DNA of 63,902 nucleotides, counting the filler, from Octopus bimaculoides (lineage: Eukaryota), in NCBI RefSeq assembly GCF_001194135.2. It is 4 parts of 4 records of this genome, joined end to end, with 100 filler letters (N's around TTAATTAATTAA, not from the genome) between each part and the next. Parts side by side here need not be neighbours in the genome. Positions count along the whole stretch, not along the records: positions 22,586 to 54,536 come from NC_068984.1; 3 more parts are not named here. One strand, written 5' to 3'. A model generated the notes under the pieces. The model had not been told where the DNA came from. It did no database searches and saw only the letters and a program-made list of their open reading frames with translations. Of this stretch, positions 26,053 to 39,349 are shown piece by piece. The position numbers and the translations under genes were made by a program. The stretch's first letter is position 1. Each line of letters opens with the position of its first letter.

Positions 26053-26130
26053 ATGAGCTTCTTTCAGTTTCCATTTATGAAATTCACTCACTAGGTTTGG
26101 GTTAGCTTGGGGCTATAGTAAAAGACACTT
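25465..26130 (-). mobile_element. SINE family B, split by expanded microsatellites
   Basis: Tail module 25465-25640 and GGAAACTGAAAGAAGC module 26050-26130. Confidence 0.6.
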
Positions 26131-27159
26131 NNNNNNNNNNNNNNNNNNNNNNNNNNNNNNNNNNNNNNNNNNNNNNNNNNNNNNNNNNNNNNNNNNNNNN
26201 NNNNNNNNNNNNNNNNNNNNNNNNNNNNNNNNNNNNNNNNNNNNNNNNNNNNNNNNNNNNNNNNNNNNNNNNNNNNNNNNNNNNNNNNNNNNNNNNNNNN
26301 NNNNNNNNNNNNNNNNNNNNNNNNNNNNNNNNNNNNNNNNNNNNNNNNNNNNNNNNNNNNNNNNNNNNNNNNNNNNNNNNNNNNNNNNNNNNNNNNNNNN
26401 NNNNNNNNNNNNNNNNNNNNNNNNNNNNNNNNNNNNNNNNNNNNNNNNNNNNNNNNNNNNNNNNNNNNNNNNNNNNNNNNNNNNNNNNNNNNNNNNNNNN
26501 NNNNNNNNNNNNNNNNNNNNNNNNNNNNNNNNNNNNNNNNNNNNNNNNNNNNNNNNNNNNNNNNNNNNNNNNNNNNNNNNNNNNNNNNNNNNNNNNNNNN
26601 NNNNNNNNNNNNNNNNNNNNNNNNNNNNNNNNNNNNNNNNNNNNNNNNNNNNNNNNNNNNNNNNNNNNNNNNNNNNNNNNNNNNNNNNNNNNNNNNNNNN
26701 NNNNNNNNNNNNNNNNNNNNNNNNNNNNNNNNNNNNNNNNNNNNNNNNNNNNNNNNNNNNNNNNNNNNNNNNNNNNNNNNNNNNNNNNNNNNNNNNNNNN
26801 NNNNNNNNNNNNNNNNNNNNNNNNNNNNNNNNNNNNNNNNNNNNNNNNNNNNNNNNNNNNNNNNNNNNNNNNNNNNNNNNNNNNNNNNNNNNNNNNNNNN
26901 NNNNNNNNNNNNNNNNNNNNNNNNTTTTTTTTTTTTTTTTTTTTATTATTTCACATTTTCTGATGATAAAATTTGTCATTTATCTGTTACCTTCACACAC
27001 ACAGAAATAAAAAAAATTTTAAAAATTATCATCTTGAAAAATCTTCAGAGTGGAAAGTTTGGAGTTTTCTGCAATTATACCAACATAATCCTCAAGTGCT
27101 ATTAGTATTCTTAATTATTTGGCCTTATTTTCAGGAAATTAAGGTTGCAAATTAGCTGT

Positions 27160-27320
27160 CTGACTTCTAAATGTCCCAGTGCTTATGTGGGTAATTTCGA
27201 AGGCTGTTTTTGGTTCAACGCATATCGTCTGACTTTTAAATGTCCAAATGAATATATTGGTAATTTTGATAACTATTTCTGGTTCAGTGCATAGCATCTG
27301 ACATCTAAAAACACTTGCAA
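27160..27320. repeat. 69-bp tandem repeat, ~2.3 copies
   Basis: Units start at 27160, 27229, 27298 (CTGAC[T/A]T.TAAA). Confidence 0.85.
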
Positions 27321-27869
27321 GCTGAACCAGAACTAAAATTATATTGATGATTAAGGAGGAAGTTAAAATTGTTAATGAGGTCATGCATATTTAATAAACT
27401 TTGTTGGTTATGAGCCAATGAAGGACTTTCTCAGTGGTCATTGAACCACCTAGAAATGGCAGTCAAGCCTCCCTCTCTCCCACACTGCACTTTATTTTTT
27501 CAATAAAAGGGCACATTGGATTGTGTTTTCTGAGATATATTTATTCCATAAGATCTTAATTGAAATAACCTTTGATCATAGATAGAATTTTTTGCTCTAC
27601 TAGGTTAGGGATGACCTAGGGATAAACAATAATAACAACAAAAACAACATCTTTCATGGTTATAACATTTTGTAAGAGAGTAGTGCAATGGAGGACAGGG
27701 GGTAGAGTGAGGGAGTAAGAAGCTGATAAGAAACTATATACAATATAAAATATAAAAGATAAGACTTGAACACAGTTGTGTATTTAATGAAACAAACACT
27801 TATACACACAGGCACACTCACACTCACACACATGTATACATATGTATATATATGAAACTCAACTCTGTC

Positions 27870-28225
27870 TGTCACAAATGACCATGGGTGCACCTAAGAG
27901 GTTCCCCTCCAGGATACAAGTCTGGGCAGAAAATCGCCTCACTGGCGTATGCACAACGTAGGGTTGTTTTTATGGAAGACCAGCAGTCGCCCATGCATAC
28001 CAGTCTCCCCTCTCCATACCACCAATGTTATCCAAGGGAAAGGCAAAGACCGATACAGCTTGGCACCTGTGATGTTGCAACTCATTTCTACAGCTGAGTG
28101 AACTGGAGCAATGTGTAATAAAGTGTTTTGCTCAAGAACACAACATGCAGCCCAGTCTGGGAATCAAACTCACGACCGCACAATCGTATGCTCGATGCTC
28201 TAACCTCTGAGCCATTCACCTTCAC
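27870..28225 (-). mobile_element. tRNA-derived SINE, family D
   Basis: AGCTGAGTGAACTGGAGCAA..TTGCTCAAGAACACAAC; + copy at 41265. Confidence 0.7.
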
Positions 28226-28245
28226 ATACATATATATATATATAT

Positions 28246-28640
28246 ATCATCATCATCATCGTTTAATGTCCACTTTCCATGCTAGCATGGGTTGGACGAT
28301 TTGACTGAGGACTGGTGAAACCAGATGGCTACACCAGGCTCCAATCTGATTTGGCAGAGTTTCTACAGCTGGATGCCCTTACTAACACCAACCACTCCGA
28401 GAGTGTAGTGGGTGCTTTTACGTGCCACCGGCACAAAGGCCAGTCAGGCGGTACTGGCAACAGCCACGCTCAAAATAGTGTATTTTATGCTCCACCCGCA
28501 CAAGAGCCAGTCCAGGGGCACTGGCAATGATCTCGCTCGAAAGTCCTTACACATGCCACGGGCACAAGTGCCAGAAAGGCGACGCTGGGCACAGGTGCCA
28601 TCACGATTTGGACACAAAACATCCAGACAGTTAGGTGATA
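28246..28640 (-). mobile_element. SINE/LINE-tail family E with (GAT)n tail
   Basis: (CAT)n CGTTTAATGTCCACTTTCCATGCTAGCATGGG..GGATGCCCTT.CTAAC.CCAACC; also at 31443 and 44641. Confidence 0.8.
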
Positions 28641-30069
28641 CAAGAAAGGGACAAAACATACAGATAGACGATACAAAGAAAACACGGACAGGTTATTTGG
28701 AGTTTTCTCTCTTCAGTCGAGAACTAAAATAGTTGTGATGAGGTGCCAGAATGAGCTATTAATGTTCAAGAAGTTGATTAAGGCTAGTGGAGAGAAGAAC
28801 AAGTAGCTTGAGAGGGTTGACAATGCAAGCATGTACGAAAAGAGTGAAGGATGGTTAGAAATGGGGTAGGGCTGAGAGGTAAATATAATGAATGAAAAAT
28901 AAGGGTTGAATTTGGGGTGGGATACTGATGATTAAATATGTTCTGAAGGAAAAGTAGGGAAGAGTAAGGGAGGAGATATATATTAAAAAGAAACTTTCTT
29001 TGATCAAATGTCAGGTTTATGATATTTAAAGAAAATCTAATTAGTGAAACTGGGGAACCATGACTGTGCACACGCACACACACACACACACACACATACA
29101 TCATATTGCATTGAGTTATTAGAGTCATTAGAGCATAAATTGGAATGTCTTTGGTATTAATTCTAGGGCTCTGCACATTGAGGTCAAATCTCATCTAGGC
29201 CAACTTTACCATTTGTTCTTTTGGCAGCATATAGAATAAACCATGAGGGCTGGGTGGTTAATTAATGATACATAAGAACATCAATTTTTCAGTTCTATAC
29301 ATTCTGAGTTCAAAATGGGGTAGGCTTAGGAAATCATTTAAGCAAGGGGCCATTTCACAGCGTGAACATAGAACACCAGCTGGGTGGACAGAATGATAGT
29401 GGGCATTCAGTTCTCAGAACATTCAATGAATTATATATATATATATATATNNNNNNNNNNNNNNNNNNNNNNNNNNNNNNNNNNNNNNNNNNNNNNNNNN
29501 NNNNNNNNNNNNNNNNNNNNNNNNNNNNNNNNNNNNNNNNNNNNNNNNNNNNNNNNNNNNNNNNNNNNNNNNNNNNNNNNNNNNNNNNNNNNNNNNNNNN
29601 NNNNNNNNNNNNNNNNNNNNNNNNNNNNNNNNNNNNNNNNNNNNNNNNNNNNNNNNNNNNNNNNNNNNNNNNNNNNNNNNNNNNNNNNNNNNNNNNNNNN
29701 NNNNNNNNNNNNNNNNNNNNNNNNNNNNNNNNNNNNNNNNNNNNNNNNNNNNNNNNNNNNNNNNNNNNNNNNNNNNNNNNNNNNNNNNNNNNNNNNNNNN
29801 NNNNNNNNNNNNNNNNNNNNNNNNNNNNNNNNNNNNNNNNNNNNNNNNNNNNNNNNNNNNNNNNNNNNNNNNNNNNNNNNNNNNNNNNNNNNNNNNNNNN
29901 NNNNNNNNNNNNNNNNNNNNNNNNNNNNNNNNNNNNNNNNNNNNNNNNNNNNNNNNNNNNNNNNNNNNNNNNNNNNNNNNNNNNNNNNNNNNNNNNNNNN
30001 NNNNNNNNNNNNNNNNNNNNNNNNNNNNNNNNNNNNNNNNNNNNNNNNNNNNNNNNNNNNNNNNNNNNA

Positions 30070-30501
30070 TAAGAGGTATCCATCATAGGATTCCCTTATG
30101 CTAGAAAGAATAGCTAAGTTCCAAACCACTATTAGGGATAAAATTTCGAAACAAATGAAAAATAAAAACATTTACCAATCTAGTTCCTGAACCAATAGTT
30201 TCTGCCTTATCTAAGCAAATAAAATAATTTGCCAGGCGAAGTCTTCTTCAGCAGGTACACCCAGATTAAAGATATATACACGAGGCAATCCAGTATCTGC
30301 CCCTTGCTTATACATTCTAATTTTTCAAATCTTCCGCGCAAGCGCAGCTCCTCGTTGGTAGATTGTGTGAGACCATTGGTTCAGGAATTAGATTGGTAAA
30401 TGTTTTTATTTTTCATTCCTTTCAAAATTTTATCCTTAATAGTGGTTTGGAACTTAGCTATTCTTTCTAGCATAAGGGAATCCTATGATGGATACCTCTT
30501 A
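30070..30501. mobile_element. MITE with ~125-bp terminal inverted repeats, TA termini
   Basis: TAAGAGGTATCCATCATAGG..CTGAACCAAT (30070-30194) vs ATTGGTTCAG..CCTATGATGGATACCTCTTA (30376-30501). Confidence 0.85.
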
Positions 30502-31242
30502 TGTGTTTAAATGCGCACTGTATTTATATGAAGAAAAATATATAGTCTATGGACTAAATTTTTACAAACTAGGCAACTGGTGGTAGAAATTTCTAATATT
30601 TCTATTAACCTTCAATATTATATANNNNNNNNNNNNNNNNNNNNNNNNNNNNNNNNNNNNNNNNNNNNNNNNNNNNNNNNNNNNNNNNNNNNNNNNNNNN
30701 NNNNNNNNNNNNNNNNNNNNNNNNNNNNNNNNNNNNNNNNNNNNNNNNNNNNNNNNNNNNNNNNNNNNNNNNNNNNNNNNNNNNNNNNNNNNNNNNNNNN
30801 NNNNNNNNNNNNNNNNNNNNNNNNNNNNNNNNNNNNNNNNNNNNNNNNNNNNNNNNNNNNNNNNNNNNNNNNNNNNNNNNNNNNNNNNNNNNNNNNNNNN
30901 NNNNNNNNNNNNNNNNNNNNNNNNNNNNNNNNNNNNNNNNNNNNNNNNNNNNNNNNNNNNNNNNNNNNNNNNNNNNNNNNNNNNNNNNNNNNNNNNNNNN
31001 NNNNNNNNNNNNNNNNNNNNNNNNNNNNNNNNNNNNNNNNNNNNNNNNNNNNNNNNNNNNNNNNNNNNNNNNNNNNNNNNNNNNNNNNNNNNNNNNNNNN
31101 NNNNNNNNNNNNNNNNNNNNNNNNNNNNNNNNNNNNNNNNNNNNNNNNNNNNNNNNNNNNNNNNNNNNNNNNNNNNNNNNNNNNNNNNNNNNNNNNNNNN
31201 NNCTTAATGGGTCTGTCACATTAAGTTGACAGTAAACAACTG

Positions 31243-31275
<33 letters not shown>

Positions 31276-31442
31276 ATGATATGTAATTGTAAGATTGAAG
31301 AGTCTAGGTGTAGGAAGTAAACAGTCTGTAGTAAGTATAAAAACAACTTTCAGGACCAATACTTGTTTATTGGCATAAAAGGCGATGTGCTCTTCCCATT
31401 TCAAAGTTTGCTAAGGTTAAAAATGTTTTTTAATTGTTTATG

Positions 31443-31591
31443 AATCATCATCATCATCATCATCTTTTAACATCCACTTTCCATGCTAGCATGGTTTGGA
31501 TGATTTGACTGAGGACTGGCAAGCCAGAAGGTTGCACCAGGCTCCAATCTGATCTGGCAGCCTGGCGCAGCCTTCTGGCTTGCCAGTCCTC
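31443..31591 (-). mobile_element. Family E fragment with terminal inverted duplication
   Basis: 31511-31541 is inverted at 31561-31591. Confidence 0.8.
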
Positions 31592-31601
31592 GTAAATAAA
31601 A

Positions 31602-32001
31602 ATCCAAATTGAGGGGATGGAATAAATAAAATCCAGGCTACATCTGTTTCCTAGATATTATATCTTCTGATGTAATAATTACTCAATGAGGGTACTCAGC
31701 TACTTACTCATCAGGCTGAATATACCTTAGTTAAATGAAGGTTACATTGCCGTTAAGAGATCCCAAGTTAACTCACCAGAGATGTAATTTTAAATGAGTG
31801 GTGAAGCCAGAAGAATGGAGTGCAAAAACAAAATAGAAAAACATATGTATGAAAAAATAAAAAAAAAAGAACAATTTACCTTGGGTCTGATGAGTAATTA
31901 GTGGCGTACCCCTCATTGAGTAATTATCGATTCCAAGGTCCTGCTAGCTAGAGAACATATGTAGCATGGATTTTACCATATCCATTCCCTCAATTTGGGT
32001 A
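31602..32001. mobile_element. MITE with diverged ~125-bp inverted arms
   Basis: CCAAATTGAGGG..ATAATTACTCAATGAGGG..TTACTCATCAG (31604-31720) mirrored at 31885-31999; right end followed by TA. Confidence 0.7.
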
Positions 32002-32199
32002 CACACGCACACATATATATATAGATAGAGAGAGAGATTATTGAAACTGAAATTTTACGTTATATCTCAAATTGCCTACCACAGCAATCTTTAAATCAGT
32101 TCTCACCTGAAGATCACAGCAGCATGAAATTTAATGCATACAACTCCAAATAAATATATTGAGTACAACTTTCTTTCCTTTATACACCTACAAGTGTGT

Positions 32200-33520
<1,321 letters not shown>

Positions 33521-33847
33521 GCAAATATTTCATAGCTAATGTAGTTTCTCACCAACTGGCCATGCATCTACAAAGAAGAAGCAACAACAACACATTCATT
33601 ATGTTACTGTAAACATATACGAATATATCTTAGTCAATAAAACAACCAGCTATTTCTAGAAATCACAGATCTATGCTGGCATAGCTATGTGGTCAGAAAT
33701 TCACTTCATAAACCAAGTGGCACTAGATTGAGTTCCCTCATGCTAAGTCTTCTATTATAGTGGCAGGCCAGTTAGTGTCTTGTGGGTGAATTTGGTAAAC
33801 AGAAGTTATGTGGAAATCCATTACATCATCATCATCATCATTCGGGT

Positions 33848-34248
33848 GTGGTTGTGTGGTAAGAAGCTTGCTACATGACCACATGGTTCTGGGTTCAGAC
33901 TCATTGCATGGCACCTTGAACAAGTGTTTTCTACTATAGCCTATAGCCTCATGCTCACCAAAGCCTGGTGACTGGATTTGGTAGATGGAAACTGAAAGAA
34001 GCTTGTTGTATATATTTGTGTGTGTGTATGTGTGTGTGTGTGTAAAACTATATGTATTTGTCCCCCATCACCAATTGACAACCAGTGTTGGTATGTCTAC
34101 ATCCCTGTAACTGTTCGGCAAAAGAGACCAATAGAATAAGTACCGGATTTACAAAAAATAAGTACTGGGGTTGATTCATTCAATTAAAGATTCTTCAAGG
34201 CGGTGCCCCAGCATGGCCACAGTCTAATGATTGAAACAAGTAAAATGA
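33848..34248 (+). mobile_element. SINE family B, near full-length
   Basis: Head, (GT)n spacer and tail all present. Confidence 0.85.
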
Positions 34249-34741
34249 ATTTTTATTTGCGTGCATAGTAACCCCAGTTGCTAGCCGTGAGCTATAGAAT
34301 CATTTTTTCCAGCTTATTGAACTGCGATATGGGAAAAATTTACAGCCTTCCATTCCAATAAACTACTATTGTTCCTGAAAGTTATTTTTTATACCTTCAA
34401 CAGACTGCTTGAAGCTTACTAACTTCCTACACTTGGATCTTTGGATCTTACCTTTACATATCATTATATAACAAAACAAGAAACAATTTGATCCCTTGCT
34501 ATCCAAGATTCCAGATGAACCAATATCAAGGCAGGAAACTCAAAAGAGGGCAGTAGTATCGAACTCCCCCCTTCACCCAAAGCCAATCCCATAGAATTGG
34601 CCAATTAAAAGGTGATTATACTGGCAGTGCCCCAGCATGGCCACAGCCACAAGGCTGAAACATATAAAAGAATAAAAGAGTATATAAGATAATTACAATG
34701 TGTATGAAGATTAGTTCATCTGCATGCGCATGCATAAATTT

Positions 34742-35109
34742 ATTACCTCCACCAAGGAAAGAGGTTGTTTTTATCAGCGTCAGTTTGTCTGTCTGTCCGT
34801 CTGTGTGTAAAATAACTCAAAAAGTTGTAAACGGTATTTGATAAAACTTGCAGAAAAAGTTGGTAATGGCATAAGGAACAGATGATGAAATTTTGGTGGT
34901 CATCCGGAAATTTTTATGGGCTCTTGAAGGATTTTTCATTTGTTATATTTACTTTACATGAAGTATTACAATGTTACATTCTTGTAAACACGTTCATCGT
35001 TTCCATGTAACCTATGGTGGCGTTGCTGTTTCCAAAGTTTATTTTCATTTCTCTATTAGTAATTTTACTCACGTATCTATCTTAAAATGAGCTGCTTGGC
35101 GGAGGTCTG
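34742..35109 (+). mobile_element. Helentron-type non-autonomous element (HINE/DINE-1-like), 3' hairpin lost
   Basis: ATTACCTCCACCAAG..GTTTGTCTGTCTGTCCGTCTG..CTTGGCGGAGGTCTG: subterminal inverted repeats plus GTCY microsatellite. Confidence 0.7.
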
Positions 35110-35500
35110 TGGAGGATGACATGACATGCCTTGACTATTGGGATTGATTCAAAAAGCTCAGGCTTTGCTCCCTCCACTGCTGCTGTGAGCTCTATATCAT
35201 CTGTATGATGTGGAAAATATTCCATCAACATTGCCCATCTTTAAAATTCATCCAAGGCTTGGCCCCCGTGCCATCCGTCCACTACAGAAATGTTTGTGTC
35301 GTGTCACAACACTATGACAGAACTATTTCACCTCAATTGGCCTTGCTCTCTGCAGCATTGTGCCAAACACATAAGGAGGAAAGTGACTTCACTGCATTCA
35401 AGCGATCCCTAGATGATTACCCCCAACAAATACCAGATAAACCATCCACACACAGATATATCTCTGAAACAATAACCCTCTGCTTGAATGGGCTATGGTT
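35110..35500 (+). mobile_element. LINE (CR1/L2/Jockey-group) 3' end remnant
   Basis: MMWKI...FKRSLDDYPQQIPDKP resembles the FK..LD..L..IPDEP LINE ORF2 C-terminus; related to 51835-52040. Confidence 0.6.
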
Positions 35501-35971
35501 TCCCAAGCTGACTGTGTATCTCTTCCAGGTGGTGATATTAAATTAGACATGGCCTGAGTCAACTTCAGCTGAAACTTATCTAAGTAATCTAATCTATGCT
35601 GTAACCTTTTAATTAAAGAATGGCAATGAGGGTAGAGGCTGATATCTTAACATTTCTGATGGTCTTAAGTATAAAAAAAATTACTAAAAATTTATATAGA
35701 ACTACATTCAGAGTATGTCAATAAGCTATTGTGTTTAGACCTGGTTTCTATCCTCAAACTGTTCCATTTTGTAGATGCAATTTTTTTTTTTTTTTAATAA
35801 AGCACTCCGAAATTAGAGAAATCAAAAATCTGCAACAATCTCAGTCCCATGAGTATTGGATAATGGATTTTCAACTGTATAAAGAAACTGATTGTGGTGA
35901 TTGTAGTTTTGACGGTGATTGTGGTGAAAGCAGAGACAGTGTTGATGATGACGATGGTTGAGATAAGAATG

Positions 35972-36092
35972 GGAGGAGGTTATGTTTTTGCCGGCGTTAG
36001 TTTAGGAAATTGGGCGATTTTCAGCATGAGTGTATATGGGCAGAAATGAGCTGCTTGGCGGAGGTCTGCGCTCTCCAAATGCTTTTCTAGTT
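35972..36092 (+). mobile_element. Short Helentron-type element with intact 3' end
   Basis: GGAGGTTATGTTTTTG..ATGAGCTGCTTGGCGGAGGTCTGCGCTCTCCAAATGCTTTTCTAGTT. Confidence 0.7.
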
Positions 36093-36213
36093 GACTTTAT
36101 TTACATAAATTTATTTCTTTTGATTGATTAATGGGATTATAAATTAATCACATTACATCATAAATCTAATAAATGAATAAATAATTAATTATTCATTTAT
36201 TTATTTCTTGCAG

Positions 36214-36455
36214 AGGGAAAAATGTTGGTGAATTTCAATCTTTCCGGAGATGTACAGGTGAATAATATTAAACTGATGAACCCTGGCTTGAGATCTGGAG
36301 GTACTTGGAAACCTACACATTGCATATCACGGCACCGTGTAGCCATTATAATTCCTTATCGAGACAGGCATCAACATCTTTTGACATTACTTTATCACCT
36401 GGTACCAATGCTTCGAAGACAACAACTGGATTTCCGGATTTTTGTTGTCGAACAA
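36214..36455 (+). CDS. B4GALT: Internal exon of a beta-1,4-galactosyltransferase / GalNAc-transferase (GT7; B4GALT/bre-4 family)
   Basis: tttcttgcag|AG GGA..GAA CAA|gtaagt, 242 bp, phase 1 to 0; GKMLVNFN..GGTWKPTHCISRHRVAIIIPYRDRHQHL..LRRQQLDFRIFVVEQ matches the conserved N-terminal catalytic block. Exact paralogue undetermined. Confidence 0.95.
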
Positions 36456-37105
36456 GTAAGTGATTATGTTTCATTTTTGCAATATTTTCCTTCATTCTTT
36501 ATTACCATGTTTTTTTTTGGCAAACAAGTCGGAATACTATTATGTGGTGTAAACATTCAAACATCAACATTATCTTTCCAAATCTTGCTGCATTTCACAT
36601 GGAATTTTTGGTCCTCCAAAGTGACTTGGTTGTTTAATCCTTTAGCATTCAGATTTCTTTATCAAAATTAATGCTAATTTATTCACGTTGTTTTGAATTT
36701 ATCATGTATTATCTCATAGCTTCAAGATTTCAATGATGTGATTGTCTTTATTCAGAATGACATTTTAGGGTAGGTGTGTAAAGCTGGATCTGGCCAGTTT
36801 GAAAGTAAAACAGGTAGAATATTTGAGTCAGATAAAGCTGAGATTTAAATGTTGCGACTGTTTACTTTCAGCGTGACAATTTTTGACTGTAAGTTTCGAT
36901 CAAAATATTCAATTTGTATGCCAGAAAATATGCCATGTTAACTTGTTATTTTTTTATATTGAGATGGTTATTTTTACAGTTGTTTCGTTGATGTCTTTGT
37001 TAATGACAATAATCTTTGTCATTAACATCGTTGTCATTAACATCATTGATGTCTTTGTTAATGACAATGATCATGTAATCGCTGTTATTGTTAATGTATC
37101 ATAGC

Positions 37106-37300
37106 TGTTAAGGCAGTGAATTGGCAAAATGGTGAGAGCATAAGATAGAAATGGCTTTGGAAGTATTAGTTCCAACCCTCCATGCTCTGTTTGAATTCAA
37201 ATCCTACAGAGACCAACTTTTCTTTTCATTTTTTCAGGATCTGATAAATATAATATTAGTCCCAGGTAGGAATACTGGGTTATCCCACCACCTACCTTTA
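37106..37300 (+). mobile_element. SINE family A, old copy
   Basis: AAGGCAGTGAATTGGCAAAATGG..TTCAAATCC..CTTTTCATTTTTTCAGGATC. Confidence 0.55.
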
Positions 37301-38399
37301 ACAAGGCAAGGCAAGTAGAGCTCCTCTATCTAACAGCTATAGTGAAAGAGGTTATGTGGTAGACAAGATGGAAGAATTGAAGGAAGATGCCTTCCTCTTC
37401 AGCCAAGCCCTTGCCGACCGTGTTAAAGTTCCACTTGGGAAGGAAAGTGAAGGTGGAGGAGTGCTACCTCCCAGTGAATTTGTGAAAAGATGAGTAGCTA
37501 TGGCAAAAATAGTTAGAGCGAATGGTCCCACTCTAAGCATGTGCTTGTAGATTGGCTATATTACCCAAATCACCACACAACCAGTGAAACTACAACTTCA
37601 AGTAAAGTAACCACATCACATACAGGATTTGATTGATGTGGGAGAAAAATAAGGCAGGGAAGTTGAATCGATCATAGTTGTTATTTTTGTCTTGTCTGGT
37701 ATTAAAGAAATGAAATAGAACCCATGACTCTTTACAGAACCCCCGAAATAGGTGAAGGAATTTATCTTCAAACCAGAATCCAGGTTCAAATGCTTTCAAC
37801 AGATAAGATACTTAGGGTGCCTGCTGGTGGTATTAAACCAGCTGACAAATTGAGTCTATCACCCCATAATTAAGCCAAAGCTGGACTTGAACTCAAAATG
37901 CAAAGAGCTAGAAGAAATATCACAAAGCATCCAGTGTGACATGTCTACTGCTCCGCCAATCCACCACCTCGTATTGGTCCTTTGTGTTTCATTGAACCCA
38001 AAAGGATAAAAGACCTGATTGACCCTGGCACAATTTGAACCCAGAATGTCAGAAGATATACAATGAGCCATTGTTTGTCGTGTTCTAACACAGCCAATTC
38101 ACTGTCATATATTTGTTGTTTGATGCCACAGGATTTTCTTTTTTCTGGGGGTGGGGGTCACAAATTGAATCGATTTTCAGTTATTTGGCCAAAATCAAAC
38201 TTTTGACCAACAAGATTCATTTATAAGGATGTTTAATGAAAGAAAAAAGAAGTAAAAAATAAATGTCAATTGGCCACTCCTCTGTGAGACATGTGGCCAT
38301 TGTAAGAATTTAAAGCTGTTATTGGGAGCAGAGCTTTTGATTTAGGGTAGGGATCAGTGGAGTTTGTCATGAACAGGGCCACTGTGTTGCAAAGGTAGG

Positions 38400-38660
38400 G
38401 AAAGGAAACTGTTCGTGAAAGTGGAGACTGTAACGAAGTGTTGAAAGAATCACAGGAAGTATAAGATTATGAATTTCAAGTGGTTGTAAGGAGTATAGGT
38501 TATTGAGTTGAGGAAACTGTAAGGAGTATACAGTTCTGGAGTTAAGACTCATGTAAAGAGTATATCATCATAAAGACTTGGTAGTTGTAAGAAGTGTATG
38601 GTTGAAGATTTGAGTCAAGCTATGGACTATGTATAGGAGTGTGAGTTTATAGAGATGTAT
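38400..38660. repeat. Degenerate ~33-34 bp minisatellite
   Basis: Recurring TGTAA(G/A)GAGTAT at about 33-bp spacing. Confidence 0.6.
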
Positions 38661-38908
38661 TTGTTCACAATTGTATATAACTGTAGAGTTAAGGTACTCC
38701 AATAAGGTACCAGTGCTGTGCTGTTCAGCCTTGTGTAAATTTATGTAAGCCTTGTGTTATTTATCGCACATAATCATCTATATATAATTTGGTACAAAAC
38801 AACTGCAACCAATATTAAACTTATGCTATATTGATATCTTCATCTTCTTGTTTTATATGTGTGTGTGTGTGTGTGTGTGTGTACTTATGTGTGTGTTTGT
38901 GTGTGTGA

Positions 38909-38946
<38 letters not shown>

Positions 38947-39349
38947 NNNNNNNNNNNNNNNNNNNNNNNNNNNNNNNNNNNNNNNNNNNNNNNNNNNNNN
39001 NNNNNNNNNNNNNNNNNNNNNNNNNNNNNNNNNNNNNNNNNNNNNNNNNNNNNNNNNNNNNNNNNNNNNNNNNNNNNNNNNNNNNNNNNNNNNNNNNNNN
39101 NNNNNNNNNNNNNNNNNNNNNNNNNNNNNNNNNNNNNNNNNNNNNNNNNNNNNNNNNNNNNNNNNNNNNNNNNNNNNNNNNNNNNNNNNNNNNNNNNNNN
39201 NNNNNNNNNNNNNNNNNNNNNNNNNNNNNNNNNNNNNNNNNNNNNNNNNNNNNNNNNNNNNNNNNNNNNNNNNNNNNNNNNNNNNNNNNNNNNNNNNNNN
39301 NNNNNNNNNNNNNNNNNNNNNNNNNNNNNNNNNNNNNNNNNNNACGTAC

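Noticed and set aside
37337-37550. GC-richer frame YSERGYVVDKMEELKEDAFLFSQALADRVKVPLGK..*
   Set aside because: Out of phase with the B4GALT exon and has an internal stop; only a faint resemblance to LINE RT (LA.RLK).
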